Source: Nitrospirota bacterium
Lineage (GTDB): Bacteria > Nitrospirota > UBA9217
Reading direction: 5' to 3'
NCBI GenBank assembly: GCA_963845065.1
Contig: CAWJQQ010000008.1
Location: 320,001 to 384,000 of the forward strand
DNA length: 64,000 bases
The translations under genes and the position numbers were made by a program. Positions 40,081-51,076 of this stretch are shown here, one piece after another (within the stretch, counting starts at the first letter, position 1; every line of letters starts with the position of its first letter). The notes beneath the pieces were generated by a model, which was not told the origin of the DNA, did no database searches, and saw only the letters and a list, made by a program, of their open reading frames with translations.

Positions 40081-42153
40081 GTGACAGACCATAAAGAAAA
40101 GAAAAAAGAAGAAAGAGAAGTCGTAGAAACATCTGAAGCGCAGATCGCCGTTCACTGGCAGGAGGAAAGTTATTTTGAAGCTTCCCCGCAGTTTATAGGC
40201 CAGGCAAACATGACAGACCCGAACATCTACGAGCGCTTCAGTCTGAAGAACTTCCCGGAATGCTTTAAAGAATATGGCGACATGCTCTCCTGGTACGAGT
40301 ACTGGCATACGATCCTCGATACCAGCGACGCCCCTTGCTTTAAGTGGTTCGTGGGCGGGAAGATAAACGCCAGTTACAACTGTGTCGACAGACATCTTGC
40401 AAAGAACAGAAACAAGACGGCAATCCATTTCGTCCCGGAGCTTGAGACTGAAAAGGTTGAGCATATCACGTATCAGGAGCTGTATGTCCGGGTGAACGAG
40501 ATGGCCGCGCTCCTTCAAAGCTTGGGCCTGAAGGCAGGAGACAGGGTAACGCTTCACCTTCCCATGGTGGGAGAGCTCCCCGTAACGATGCTTGCCTGCG
40601 CCAGGCTCGGCGTGATTCACTCCGAGGTGTTTGGAGGCTTCAGCGGCAAGGCGTGCGCAGACAGGATCGTAGATTCGGGAAGCCATATCCTGATAACGAT
40701 GGACGCCTATTACCGGGGCGGCAAGCTTATCGACCACAAGGAAAAGGCCGATATCGCCGTTACAGAGGCGAAAAAGGAAAACCAGAAGGTCGACAAGGTC
40801 CTGATATGGCAGCGGTATCCCGGGAAAAACTCAAGCCCCACGCCGATGGTGCATGGCCGCGACTTCTTCGTGAATGACATGCTCAAGGATTTTTACGGAA
40901 AGAGAATCGAACCGGTCCCCATGCCGGCCGAAGCACCCCTCTTTCTGATGTACACCAGCGGCACCACAGGAAAGCCCAAGGGTGCTCAGCACAGCACCGG
41001 CGGTTACCTGGCCTATGTGACCGGTACGTCAAAGTACATTCAGGACATACATCCAGAGGACGTGTACTGGTGCATGGCGGACATCGGATGGATCACCGGC
41101 CATTCATACATCGTTTACGGCCCCTTAGCGCTCTGCGCATCAAGCGTTATTTACGAGGGAATACCCACCTATCCCGATGCGGGACGGCCTTGGAGAATTG
41201 CACAAGACCTCGGCGTTAACATCTTCCATACCGCGCCCACGACGATACGCGGCCTCAGAAAGGTCGGTCCTGATGAGCCGGCAAAATATAACTATCATTT
41301 CAAGCACATGACCACCGTAGGAGAGCCGATCGAGCCCGAGGTGTGGAAGTGGTACTATCACGAGGTCGGAAAAGGCGAGGCGGCGATTGTGGACACCTGG
41401 TGGCAGACGGAGAATGGCGGTTTCCTTTGCAGCACGATACCTGCCCTGAAACCGATGAAGCCAGGCAGCGCAGGCCCGGGAGTGCCCGGTATTCATCCGA
41501 TCATCTTCGACGATGAGGGAAATGAAGTCAAGATGGGAGCAGGCAAGGCAGGTAATATCTGCATCCAGAATCCGTGGCCGGGAATGTTCCAGACGATATG
41601 GGGAGACCGTGCGCGGTTCATCAGCACCTATTTTGCGCGGTACAACAAAAATAAGAACAGTAAGGACTGGCGCGACTGGCCCTATCTTACCGGCGACGCC
41701 GCGGTGCAGGCCAATGACGGATATTATCGTATCCTTGGGAGGATCGACGACGTTATCAATGTTTCCGGACACAGACTGGGAACAAAAGAACTCGAGTCTG
41801 CTGCGCTCACCGCTCCGGAAGTCGCGGAAGCTGCCGTTGTTCCCGTGAGACATGAAGTCAAAGGGAAGGAACCCGATCTGTATGTTTCCTTGAAACCCGG
41901 ATTCAAGCCGAGTGCCCAACTCGCCAAGGATATCTCAAATGCCATTGTCCGTGAAATCGGCGCTATTGCAAGGCCGAGGAAGGTCTGGATTGTGCCTGAC
42001 ATGCCGAAGACCCGCTCAGGAAAGATCATGCGCAGAGTACTCGGCGCTATTTCTAACGGCACGGAAGTGGGCGATGTCATGACGCTGGCTAATCCCGAAA
42101 TTGTCGAAGCGATCACGAAAATGGTGCAGGGAGAGGCAAAGGCCGAGTTTTAG
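40081..42153 (+). CDS. acs: Acetyl-CoA synthetase (AMP-forming), divergent paralogue
   Basis: [56 protein letters not shown]. Confidence 0.93.
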   Translation: MTDHKEKKKEEREVVETSEAQIAVHWQEESYFEASPQFIGQANMTDPNIYERFSLKNFPECFKEYGDMLSWYEYWHTILDTSDAPCFKWFVGGKINASYNCVDRHLAKNRNKTAIHFVPELETEKVEHITYQELYVRVNEMAALLQSLGLKAGDRVTLHLPMVGELPVTMLACARLGVIHSEVFGGFSGKACADRIVDSGSHILITMDAYYRGGKLIDHKEKADIAVTEAKKENQKVDKVLIWQRYPGKNSSPTPMVHGRDFFVNDMLKDFYGKRIEPVPMPAEAPLFLMYTSGTTGKPKGAQHSTGGYLAYVTGTSKYIQDIHPEDVYWCMADIGWITGHSYIVYGPLALCASSVIYEGIPTYPDAGRPWRIAQDLGVNIFHTAPTTIRGLRKVGPDEPAKYNYHFKHMTTVGEPIEPEVWKWYYHEVGKGEAAIVDTWWQTENGGFLCSTIPALKPMKPGSAGPGVPGIHPIIFDDEGNEVKMGAGKAGNICIQNPWPGMFQTIWGDRARFISTYFARYNKNKNSKDWRDWPYLTGDAAVQANDGYYRILGRIDDVINVSGHRLGTKELESAALTAPEVAEAAVVPVRHEVKGKEPDLYVSLKPGFKPSAQLAKDISNAIVREIGAIARPRKVWIVPDMPKTRSGKIMRRVLGAISNGTEVGDVMTLANPEIVEAITKMVQGEAKAEF

Positions 42154-42197
42154 AATCGCAAACGAAGTCAGATTGATGACAGACACATATGCACAGT

Positions 42198-42233
42198 AGG
42201 GGGGCTGGAGAGTTTCTCCGGCCCCCCTCTCTT
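42198..42233 (+). terminator. GC-rich hairpin after acs
   Basis: AGGGGGGCTGGAG/CTCCGGCCCCCCT with a weak T-tail. Confidence 0.55.
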
Positions 42234-42489
42234 GTCAGCATGCAATAGCATTAAGAAGTGACGGCGCGGAATTCGAGGACTTACTGAAAAGGCCACTTCT
42301 AAGGCGACATGATCATGTTTATTTTATAGGCCCGTTTTGTCCGGGATCATTCTTTGGCCCATACCTTCATATAGTTATCGTGTTAAGGCAGGACTCCCCC
42401 GGCGGGGATGTGGCACGACCGGGATAACCGCATGAATATCAGTCACTCCAGACAGGCGTGCGGATGGCATCAATATACGGAAGACCAAC

Positions 42490-43446
42490 ATGAGAAAGAC
42501 AGGATTTCTCTATGATGAACGATTTCTGCTCCATCGCACGGGACCCGAACATCCGGAGTCGCCCGAACGGCTCCTCGCAATTTACCGGGGAGTTGAAGAG
42601 GCGGGGCTCCTCTCCAAATTAACCCTGATAAAGGCCAGCCGGGCCAAGCAGGAACAGATTGAGGCCGTCCACAGCATCAAACTCATCATGCGCTTTGAAG
42701 AGGCGTGCCAATGGGGGATGGATACGCTCGATCATCCCGATAACAGGATTAGCAGGGAGTCCTTTGAAACCGCGATGCTGGCAGCAGGAGGCATTCTCGA
42801 TACGGTGGATCTCGTGATGGAAGGTAAGATCGACAATGCCTTCTGTGCGGTGAGACCTCCGGGACATCATGCTGAAGCCAACAGGGCCATGGGCTTTTGC
42901 TTTTTCAATAACGTCGCCATTGCCGCCAGGTACCTCCAACGCAAATGGGGAATACATCGGATAGGTATTGTGGATTTCGATGTCCATCATGGCAACGGCA
43001 CTCAGAGCATTTTTGAAGATGACCCCTCCGTGTTCTTTTTTTCCATCCATGAGCATCCTTCATTTGCGTATCCCGGTACCGGCAGGGAATTCGAAAAGGG
43101 ATCGGGTCCGGGCTTCGGATTTACCCTGAACTCACCGGCATTGCCCGGACAGGGAGACATGGAATATAGAGAGTTGCTGCGAAGAGACCTGTTCCCCGCC
43201 TTCGAGGAGTTTAAGCCCGAAGTGATTCTTGTATCCGCAGGTTTTGATGCTCACATTGACGATGATATGTCGGATATAAAACTTTCAACGGAGGGCTTTT
43301 CGTGGATCATGGAAAATATCGTTGCAATGGCGGACAAATATTCGAATGGGCGGGTCATCTCCGTTCTTGAAGGGGGATACGCGCTCAACCGTCTGCCTGA
43401 ACTCATAAGAAATCATGTTGAAATCCTGCTCGGGAGCAAAGCCTGA
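42490..43446 (+). CDS. Zn-dependent (class II HDAC/AcuC-like) deacetylase
   Basis: HPESPERL, RPPGHHA, GFCFFNN, DFDVHHGNGTQ, SAGFDAH, LEGGY. Confidence 0.94.
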   Translation: MRKTGFLYDERFLLHRTGPEHPESPERLLAIYRGVEEAGLLSKLTLIKASRAKQEQIEAVHSIKLIMRFEEACQWGMDTLDHPDNRISRESFETAMLAAGGILDTVDLVMEGKIDNAFCAVRPPGHHAEANRAMGFCFFNNVAIAARYLQRKWGIHRIGIVDFDVHHGNGTQSIFEDDPSVFFFSIHEHPSFAYPGTGREFEKGSGPGFGFTLNSPALPGQGDMEYRELLRRDLFPAFEEFKPEVILVSAGFDAHIDDDMSDIKLSTEGFSWIMENIVAMADKYSNGRVISVLEGGYALNRLPELIRNHVEILLGSKA

Positions 43447-43459
43447 AAGGGGGGATGCT

Positions 43460-44134
43460 ATGTTTATCGACAAGTCGATGACGAGAAGTGTTATTACGAT
43501 CCGCCAGGTGGCTGGTATACTTGAGGCAAGGGAAAAAATGGAGAAGAACCATATCCGGCATCTCCCCGTGGTGAAAGAAGATGATACCCTGATCGGGATC
43601 ATTACGGACCGCGATATACGGAGCGCCCTGCCGTCCATGTTCTCGACCGGCCAGGAAGAGGCAACGGAAAGGGAACGAATCTCCAGACTCAAGGTCAAAG
43701 ATGCCATGACGAAGAATCCGATCACCGTTGCTCCTACGGACACCCTTGAGGATGCGCTTCTGCTGATGCAAAAGATGCACAAGGGAGCTTTTCCGGTTGT
43801 TGACCGAGGGGGGAAATTACGGGGCATCATCACGACCAGCGACCTGATTCGAGCTTTTATCCATGTGCTGGGGATTGAACAGCCCGGTACTCTCCTGTGT
43901 ATTATTGCGGAGGACAAGGTAGGGCAAATGAAGAGAATTGTGGATGCCATTACCGAGGAGGGGATATCCTTCGGGAGCATCCTCGTTGCCAAACACTGGG
44001 AAGAGGGGAAGCGGGCTGTTTTCCCATACCTGTTAACGAACAATGTGGCCAAAGTGAAAAGAAAGCTGGAGACCATGGGATACACGTTACCCAACCCCAT
44101 GGAATGGTCTCTTGATCAGCCCCCAAAGAGCTGA
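43460..44134 (+). CDS. AcuB-like CBS-pair + ACT protein
   Basis: MFIDKSMTRSVITI...IRHLPVV...GIITDRDIR...EDKVGQMKRIVDAI. Confidence 0.88.
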   Translation: MFIDKSMTRSVITIRQVAGILEAREKMEKNHIRHLPVVKEDDTLIGIITDRDIRSALPSMFSTGQEEATERERISRLKVKDAMTKNPITVAPTDTLEDALLLMQKMHKGAFPVVDRGGKLRGIITTSDLIRAFIHVLGIEQPGTLLCIIAEDKVGQMKRIVDAITEEGISFGSILVAKHWEEGKRAVFPYLLTNNVAKVKRKLETMGYTLPNPMEWSLDQPPKS

Positions 44135-44291
44135 TGGACATAATCAAGGAAATGATCGGAGGGTGGTTAACCAGCATTATCAAAAGAGCATCCAGAGGGG
44201 AATATAATATTTGCACTGAACACTTCGCTTGAGCAGCGCATCTTTTAGCGACCTCCCGAAGCGAGTTGAAGTTTTCCGGAGCTAGATCCTC

Positions 44292-44346
44292 GGTGAGTGT
44301 GGAGAGTTCTCCCCGGCTCCACGCTCATCGAATCACTTCTTTTTTA
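44292..44346 (+). terminator. Terminator-like hairpin between acuB and acs
   Basis: GGTGAGTGTGGAG/CTCCACGCTCATC followed by a T-rich tract; copied at 50990-51035. Confidence 0.5.
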
Positions 44347-44477
44347 CGAACAGGACTGCACAACCTTTGCCACGGGGTGCCGGGCATTACCTGCATGGCA
44401 TTTTTGTAAGGCTGCGTTCGGGTGGATCGGGTCCTGCCCTGCGTTATGATGAAACGATATTTAAGGAGGAGAGAGGC

Positions 44478-46454
44478 ATGGCGACCGAAAGTATTCAAGT
44501 TTTATCGACGGAGAAGAGGACGTTTCCGCCAACCAAGGAATTCAGCAAAAAAGCTCATATCAAGAGCATGAAGGAATATGAGCAGCTGTACAAGCAATCT
44601 ATCGAACATCCGGAAAAATTCTGGGGTGAACAGGCGGAGAAGAACCTGACGTGGTACAAGAAATGGGACAAGGTGCTGGACTATGATTTCACCAAACCCT
44701 ACATCAAGTATTTTGTCGGCGGAAAGCTGAACGCATCGGTGAACTGCCTGGACCGCTATATTGATACGCCTGTGCGCAACAAGGCGGCCATCATCTGGGA
44801 GTCCGACTCCGGTCGATACCGGACCTTCACCTATCAGCAGATGTATTACGAGGTCAACAAATTTGCGAACGTGCTGAAGAAGAAAGGCGTCAAGAAGGGT
44901 GACCGGGTCACGATTTACCTCCCCATGATCCCCGAACTTCCGATCGCCATGCTCGCCTGCTCAAGGATCGGCGCGATCCACTGTGTCGTTTTCGGCGGAT
45001 TTTCCGCCAAGTCGCTCATGGACCGCATGCAGGACTGCGAGTCCACGTTGCTCGTCACCTGCGACGAAGGTCTGCGCGGCGGTCGCTTTATACCCATGAA
45101 AAGCACCGCTGACGAGGCCCTCAACGAATGCCCCAAGGTCAAGAACGTCATCGTAGTGCAACATGCAAAGACCGATAAGGCCGTCTTGGAGCCGACCAGG
45201 GACTCGTGGTGGCACGAGGATATGAGCGATCCCGATATTGCCCTGTACTGTGAGCCGGAGAAGATGGATGCGGAAGACCCGCTCTACATTCTCTATACGT
45301 CGGGTTCCACGGGCAAGCCCAAGGGCGTGCTCCACACGACAGGTGGCTACATGCTGTATTGTAATGTCAGCTTTAAGTGGATTTTCGACTATCACGATGA
45401 GGATATCCACTTCTGCACCGCCGACATCGGCTGGGTCACGGGCCATAGTTACATCGTGTACGGGCCGCTTTCCGCGGGCGCCACGAGCCTGATGTTCGAG
45501 GGCATCCCAACATACCCGAACCCCGGCCGGTTCTGGGATATCGTGGACAAGCATAAAGTAAATATTTTCTACACGGCGCCTACAGCCATCCGGGCACTCA
45601 TGAAGGAAGGCGAGAAGTGGGTTAAAAATCACGATCTGTCGTCGATCAAGGTTCTGGGCACCGTGGGAGAACCGATCAATCCCGAGGCCTGGGTCTGGTA
45701 CCATAAAAATGTCGGCAGGGAAAAGGTTCCGATCGTCGATACATGGTGGCAGACCGAGACGGGCGGAATACTGATTACGGGGCTTCCCGGCGCTATCACG
45801 GCCAAGCCTGGCTCGGCAACGAAACCGTTCCCGGGCGTCGTACCGGAGGTGGTCAAAGAAGACGGCAAGCCTGCCAAAGCGAACGAAGGCGGCTACCTTT
45901 GCATCAATAAGCCTTGGCCCGGCATGCTCCGTGGCACTTATGGCGATCCCGAGAACAAGCGCATCAAAGAGGTCTACTTCAGCCGGTTCCCCGGCAAGTA
46001 CTTCACGGGAGACGGCGCCCGCTTCGACGAGGACGGCGACTTCTGGCTCATGGGCCGTGTGGACGACGTGATCAACGTTTCGGGCCACCGGCTCGGCACG
46101 GCTGAGGTCGAATCAGCGCTGGTCAGCCATGAGGCCGTTGCCGAAGCGGCAGTGGTTGGCTACCCGCACGACATCAAGGGTGAAGGCATTTATGTGTACG
46201 TTACCCTCAAGCAAGGCCGGACGCCATCCGATGAACTCAAGAAGATCCTGGCTGGCCACGTACGTTCGGTCATCGGTCCGATAGCCACGCCGGACAAAAT
46301 CCAGTTCGCGCCCGGTCTGCCGAAGACGCGGAGCGGCAAGATCATGCGCCGTATCCTCCGGAAGATCGCGCACAACCAGACGGATGAACTGGGCGATATC
46401 TCGACCCTGGCAGATCCCACTGTGGTCGAAAGCCTGGTCAAAGGTAAAGTATAG
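44478..46454 (+). CDS. acs: Acetyl-CoA synthetase (AMP-forming)
   Basis: [60 protein letters not shown]. Confidence 0.96.
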   Translation: MATESIQVLSTEKRTFPPTKEFSKKAHIKSMKEYEQLYKQSIEHPEKFWGEQAEKNLTWYKKWDKVLDYDFTKPYIKYFVGGKLNASVNCLDRYIDTPVRNKAAIIWESDSGRYRTFTYQQMYYEVNKFANVLKKKGVKKGDRVTIYLPMIPELPIAMLACSRIGAIHCVVFGGFSAKSLMDRMQDCESTLLVTCDEGLRGGRFIPMKSTADEALNECPKVKNVIVVQHAKTDKAVLEPTRDSWWHEDMSDPDIALYCEPEKMDAEDPLYILYTSGSTGKPKGVLHTTGGYMLYCNVSFKWIFDYHDEDIHFCTADIGWVTGHSYIVYGPLSAGATSLMFEGIPTYPNPGRFWDIVDKHKVNIFYTAPTAIRALMKEGEKWVKNHDLSSIKVLGTVGEPINPEAWVWYHKNVGREKVPIVDTWWQTETGGILITGLPGAITAKPGSATKPFPGVVPEVVKEDGKPAKANEGGYLCINKPWPGMLRGTYGDPENKRIKEVYFSRFPGKYFTGDGARFDEDGDFWLMGRVDDVINVSGHRLGTAEVESALVSHEAVAEAAVVGYPHDIKGEGIYVYVTLKQGRTPSDELKKILAGHVRSVIGPIATPDKIQFAPGLPKTRSGKIMRRILRKIAHNQTDELGDISTLADPTVVESLVKGKV

Positions 46455-46483
46455 GTCCCGTTTCGCAACATAAGCTTTCTCCA

Positions 46484-46527
46484 CCCGGGGAGAGCGAACG
46501 CAAACTTGCTCTCCCTGGGGTTTCTTT
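46484..46527 (+). terminator. Intrinsic terminator
   Basis: CCCGGGGAGAGCGA/TTGCTCTCCCTGGG followed by TTTCTTT. Confidence 0.7.
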
Positions 46528-46574
46528 ACTTCAATCATTTTCATCAAGTACATTGATAAGACCTCTACCAGGAA

Positions 46575-48044
46575 ATGCATACGAAGAGCATCCTATACGG
46601 TAGCAGCAACCAGCTGTTGTTCACGACCCTTGTCGGCGATATCGCGGTCAAGGATGTGATCACTGCACGGCAAGACACCACAATCCAGCAAGCGGCCCGG
46701 GAAATGGCCCGAAACGGAATAGGTTCTCTGGTCATCGTGGATGACGCGGAGAATCCTGTGGGCATCATAACGGACCGCGACCTCCGCGAAAAAGTGGTGG
46801 CACGCGGGCGCGACGTGAATGGACCGGTCAAGGACGTCATGTCCCTGCCGCTTGTGCGGGTGGATGCGAAGGATTACTGCTTCGAAGCGGTCCTCCGGAT
46901 GATCAAACACAATGTCCATCACATTCTTGTGATCAGGGATGGCCGGCTTACCGGCGTCCTGACGAACCACGACCTGATGACGCCGCAAGGCACATCGCCC
47001 CTGTCCTTCGCGAACGAACTGGAGGGCCAGCAAACAATCGAGAGCCTCGTTCCCCTGTCGCTCAAGATCAACCGGGTAGTGGGGCTTCTACTCAAGGAGG
47101 GGGCGAAGGCGAGCAATATCGCCAGGATCATAACCGAGTTGAACGACCGCCTGCTCCGGAAGGTTCTCGAACTCGCAGAGAAGAAGTTCGGCGACCCGCC
47201 GGTCCCTTATTGCTGGGTAGCCTTCGGAAGCGAGGGCCGGAAAGAACAGACGTTTAAGACCGATCAGGACAACGCCATCATCATGGCGGATGCCGCGACA
47301 CCGGCCGCGGAGGAGGCGGCGACCCGCTACTTCACCGAATTCACGGTCTTCGTCAAGGACAGTCTCCTCAGGTGCGGTTTTTCGACGTGCCCCGCGGACT
47401 ACATGGCCAGCAATCCTCGGTGGCGCCAGCCGCTTCGGACCTGGAAACGCTATCTTTCCACGTGGATCTCGACCCCGACGACGGAGGCCCTGATGCACGC
47501 GGTCACGTTCTTCGATTTCCGGCCCGTTTACGGGGACCTCAGCCTGGCCGAAGAGCTCCGGACCTATCTCACGGTCCTCCTGAAGGACCAGAAGGTGTTT
47601 CTCGGCACTATGGCGAACATGATTGTCAAGAATGTGCCGCCCATAGGGTTCTTCAAGTCCTTCATCCTTGAAAAGAGCAAAGAGCACAAGAACGAATTAA
47701 ACCTGAAAGTGAAATGCTTAGCTCCCCTGGTCGACATCATCAGGCTGTTCGCCCTGGAGCGCGGCGTCCGCGAGACGTCCACGCTCGAACGGATCGACAT
47801 GCTCCGCGGAGTTCATACCATCGTGCAGGAGTACGCGGACGAGTTTGAGCACGCATTCGAATTTATCACGTTCCTTCGAATGCGTCATCAATACGAACAG
47901 CTCATCGCGGGCCAGGACCCGGACAATTTTGTCAATCCAGACAAAATTAGCAAACTGGAGAAACAGACCATTAAGGACTCCTTCCGCTTCATCGCGAAAA
48001 TGCAGAATATGATCATCGAGCGGTACAAGTCGCTCATTTGGTGA
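46575..48044 (+). CDS. N-terminally truncated CBS + DUF294 nucleotidyltransferase paralogue (possible pseudogene)
   Basis: Colinear with the 36567 gene from its MQDKS onward. Upstream IKYIDKT remnant is out of frame; cNMP domain absent. Confidence 0.75.
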   Translation: MHTKSILYGSSNQLLFTTLVGDIAVKDVITARQDTTIQQAAREMARNGIGSLVIVDDAENPVGIITDRDLREKVVARGRDVNGPVKDVMSLPLVRVDAKDYCFEAVLRMIKHNVHHILVIRDGRLTGVLTNHDLMTPQGTSPLSFANELEGQQTIESLVPLSLKINRVVGLLLKEGAKASNIARIITELNDRLLRKVLELAEKKFGDPPVPYCWVAFGSEGRKEQTFKTDQDNAIIMADAATPAAEEAATRYFTEFTVFVKDSLLRCGFSTCPADYMASNPRWRQPLRTWKRYLSTWISTPTTEALMHAVTFFDFRPVYGDLSLAEELRTYLTVLLKDQKVFLGTMANMIVKNVPPIGFFKSFILEKSKEHKNELNLKVKCLAPLVDIIRLFALERGVRETSTLERIDMLRGVHTIVQEYADEFEHAFEFITFLRMRHQYEQLIAGQDPDNFVNPDKISKLEKQTIKDSFRFIAKMQNMIIERYKSLIW

Positions 48045-48113
48045 TGGTTTCATAGCAAGCCGGCCGTCGGCGTATGGAAAGGAAAGGGCAAAACAGTTGC
48101 CTTAGTTCATCGC

Positions 48114-48818
48114 GTGTTCAGTTTGTTCGGTAAGAAAAAAAAGAAGCTTCAGGGCATCAGCGAGAAATCGCCGATTAGTGAGGTGCCCTATGTGGTCGTG
48201 GATACCGAACTTACCGGTCTGGACAAAAAAAAGGATTCCATCGTTTCAATAGGGGCCGTCCGCATGACCGGCGGGAGGATCGAACTCGGCAATATGTTCT
48301 ACCGGCTTGTGAACCCGCAGACGGCTCTTACGGCGCAGAGCATCTTGATCCACGAGATCACACCATCTGACGTGAAGGCTGAGCCCGGCATTGAGTCCGT
48401 GTTCGATCGGTTTCTCGAATTTTGCGGCGACGCCGTACTTGTCGGTCACTTTATATCCATTGATCTGAATTTTCTCAACCGCGAGATGATGCGGATCCGG
48501 GGGACCGAAATTTACAATCCAGCGCTGGATACATTCAGTATTTACGAATGGCTCCGGCAGCGAAACCTGCCGCACGCCTGTCTTGAGAGAGCGCCCGACG
48601 GCTACCGGCTGTTCGATATTGCGAAGTGTTTCGACATCCAGGTGAACGGCGCGCATAATGCCATCAATGATGCATATACCACTGCCCAGTTGTTTCAGCG
48701 GTTTTTGCCGCTTCTCGCTGAAGCAGGGGTCTCTGACCTCACAGACCTCCTTCGAAGAGGAACGCCATTTGAAGGGGGTGACAGCTTTAAACTAACGAAC
48801 GAATTCGGCAATTTTTAA
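48114..48818 (+). CDS. DEDDh 3'-5' exonuclease (DnaQ-like)
   Basis: VVDTELTGL, VGHFISIDL, HNAINDA. Confidence 0.92.
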   Translation: MFSLFGKKKKKLQGISEKSPISEVPYVVVDTELTGLDKKKDSIVSIGAVRMTGGRIELGNMFYRLVNPQTALTAQSILIHEITPSDVKAEPGIESVFDRFLEFCGDAVLVGHFISIDLNFLNREMMRIRGTEIYNPALDTFSIYEWLRQRNLPHACLERAPDGYRLFDIAKCFDIQVNGAHNAINDAYTTAQLFQRFLPLLAEAGVSDLTDLLRRGTPFEGGDSFKLTNEFGNF

Positions 48819-48834
48819 TTAAGGAGGACGCATC

Positions 48835-49146
48835 ATGATCAAGATGAAAAAGGAAGACATCTTGAACGACCCGGATTTTCAACAGCTGTCCAGGCAGAGA
48901 GACACCATATCCCTGATTCTAACGGTCTTGGAACTAGTGCTCTATTTTGGGTTCATATACCTTGTCGCAGAACACAAGGCATTTCTTGCTCAGAAGATGA
49001 GCGAAGGCGGCGCAGTCACAGTCGGAATCCCCATCGCTGTGGGAATCATCGTACTGTCATGGATATTCACAGGGATTTATATCTGGTGGGCAAACACGCA
49101 ATATGACGAAATGGTAAAAAAAGTTATAGAAAAGGTGGGTGGATAA
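48835..49146 (+). CDS. DUF485 (YjcH-like) membrane protein
   Basis: DPDFQQL...YFGFI...[11 protein letters not shown]; immediately upstream of actP. Confidence 0.9.
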   Translation: MIKMKKEDILNDPDFQQLSRQRDTISLILTVLELVLYFGFIYLVAEHKAFLAQKMSEGGAVTVGIPIAVGIIVLSWIFTGIYIWWANTQYDEMVKKVIEKVGG

Positions 49147-49147
49147 C

Positions 49148-50929
49148 ATGTACCAGACGATCATCGGACATGCTAACCCGATTGCAATCATGTTCTTTAT
49201 CCTTTTCGTTATCATCACTTTGTTGATTACCTGGTGGGCTGCGAAACGGACGAGAACGACGAAAGATTTTTATGCAGCAGGCAGAAACATCACCGGTCTT
49301 CAGAACGGGCTCGCCCTTGCCGGCGATTATATGAGCGCGGCCTCGTTCCTCGGCATCGCGGGTCTCGTGTCCACCAGGGGCTTTGACGGCCTCATCTACT
49401 CCGTCGGATGGCTTGTGGGATGGCCGATCATCATGTTCCTGATCTCCGAGCCCCTCCGGAACCTCGGGAGATATACTTTTGCCGACGTGGTCGCTTTCCG
49501 GCTCCAGCAGCGGCCCATTCGCGCGGCGGCGGCAGCGGGCTCGCTCGTCGTTGTTCTAACTTACCTGATCGCCCAGATGGTGGGCGCCGGCACGCTGATC
49601 AAGCTTTTGTTCGGTCTCCCCTTTGAGCTGGCCATCATGATCACCGGCGCTCTCATGATCTGTTACGTGCTCTTTGGCGGCATGATTGCCACGACGTGGG
49701 TCCAGATAATCAAGGCCGGCTTGCTCCTGGGCGGCGCGACGCTCCTTACGATCTTGACCCTCACAAAGTTCGGGTTCAGCTATGGCGATCTTTTTAGCCG
49801 GGCGGAAAAGTTGTATACTAGCAAGTTCCTTGAGCCGGGCGGGCTTATAACCAGTCCGCTGGAAGCTTTCTCCCTCGGCCTTGCCCTTATGTTCGGCACC
49901 GCAGGCCTCCCGCACATCCTCATGCGGTTTTACACTGTGCCTGATGCGAAAGCGGCGCGCAAGTCGGTGTTCTACGCAACCGGGTTCATCGGCTACTTCT
50001 ACATCCTGACCGTGACGATCGGATTCGGCGCCGCCGTTCTCGTGGGCCGGAAGGTCATTATGGGCATTGACAATGGCGGCAATATGGCCGGTCCGCTGCT
50101 CGCCGAGGTCCTCGGCGGGAACATCTTTCTCGGCTTCCTATCAGCCGTGGCCTTTGCCACGATCCTTGCCGTGGTCTCCGGTCTTACGCTTGCAGGCGCG
50201 TCCTCGCTGTCTCACGACTTCTACGTGGGCGTGCTTCGCAATGGCGTCACGAATGAGAAGGAAGAAGTGAAGGTTGCAAAGATTGCAACCGTCGTCCTCG
50301 GCATTTGTGCAATCCTGCTCGGCATCTTGTTCAAGGGACAGAATGTCGCCTTCCTGGTCGGTCTGACCTTTGCGATCGCCGCTAGCGCCAACTTTCCGGC
50401 CTTGCTTATGTCTATCCTATGGAAGAAGTTTACGACTGCCGGGGCGGTGACGAGCATCTATGTCGGCCTCCTATCCGCAACAATCCTGATTGTTCTGGGC
50501 CCCACCGTATGGGTGGATATCGTGAATAAAGACGCAGTGCAGGCGGTGCAGACGCAGCTCAAAGATATCAACGTCGCAGCGGCCGGCATTGATACCCAGA
50601 TCGCTGGTCTGCAGAAACAGGTGGTGCGCGCCGATGCCATCGCCAAGATGAAAAAAATGGACATGTTTGACGCAGAGAAAAAAAACGCGGAAATCGAGTC
50701 ATCGGTCGGTGCGAAGATGAAGGACAAGGAAATTCTGCTCGCAAAAAAGAGGGATGTAGCTGCCCAGATGCCGAAAGCTATCTTCCCCATGAATAACCCG
50801 GGCATATTCTCCATGGGTGCAGCTTTTTTGGTTGGCATTCTTGTCTCGCTCTTGGCGCCGGAAAAAGAAGCGCAGGTGAAGTTCGATTCCGAGAAGGTCA
50901 GGGAGTATGTGGGCATCGGTGCGGAATAG
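49148..50929 (+). CDS. actP: Cation/acetate symporter (SSS family)
   Basis: [51 protein letters not shown]. Confidence 0.94.
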   Translation: MYQTIIGHANPIAIMFFILFVIITLLITWWAAKRTRTTKDFYAAGRNITGLQNGLALAGDYMSAASFLGIAGLVSTRGFDGLIYSVGWLVGWPIIMFLISEPLRNLGRYTFADVVAFRLQQRPIRAAAAAGSLVVVLTYLIAQMVGAGTLIKLLFGLPFELAIMITGALMICYVLFGGMIATTWVQIIKAGLLLGGATLLTILTLTKFGFSYGDLFSRAEKLYTSKFLEPGGLITSPLEAFSLGLALMFGTAGLPHILMRFYTVPDAKAARKSVFYATGFIGYFYILTVTIGFGAAVLVGRKVIMGIDNGGNMAGPLLAEVLGGNIFLGFLSAVAFATILAVVSGLTLAGASSLSHDFYVGVLRNGVTNEKEEVKVAKIATVVLGICAILLGILFKGQNVAFLVGLTFAIAASANFPALLMSILWKKFTTAGAVTSIYVGLLSATILIVLGPTVWVDIVNKDAVQAVQTQLKDINVAAAGIDTQIAGLQKQVVRADAIAKMKKMDMFDAEKKNAEIESSVGAKMKDKEILLAKKRDVAAQMPKAIFPMNNPGIFSMGAAFLVGILVSLLAPEKEAQVKFDSEKVREYVGIGAE

Positions 50930-51076
50930 CCTGCTCCTCGTAACGCGGTAAAGAATCAGCTGTTACTCACAGTGAATCGGTGTTGGGCATGTGGAGAGTT
51001 CCTATCCGTCTCCACGCTCACCGGTTCATTTTTTTATTACGAACAGGACTGCACAACCTTTGCCACGTGGTGCCTG

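Noticed and set aside
41140..46088. Long minus-strand ORFs (41140-41919, 43285-44100, 44961-46088)
   Set aside because: Antisense shadows of acs, acuB and acs, with no domain signal.
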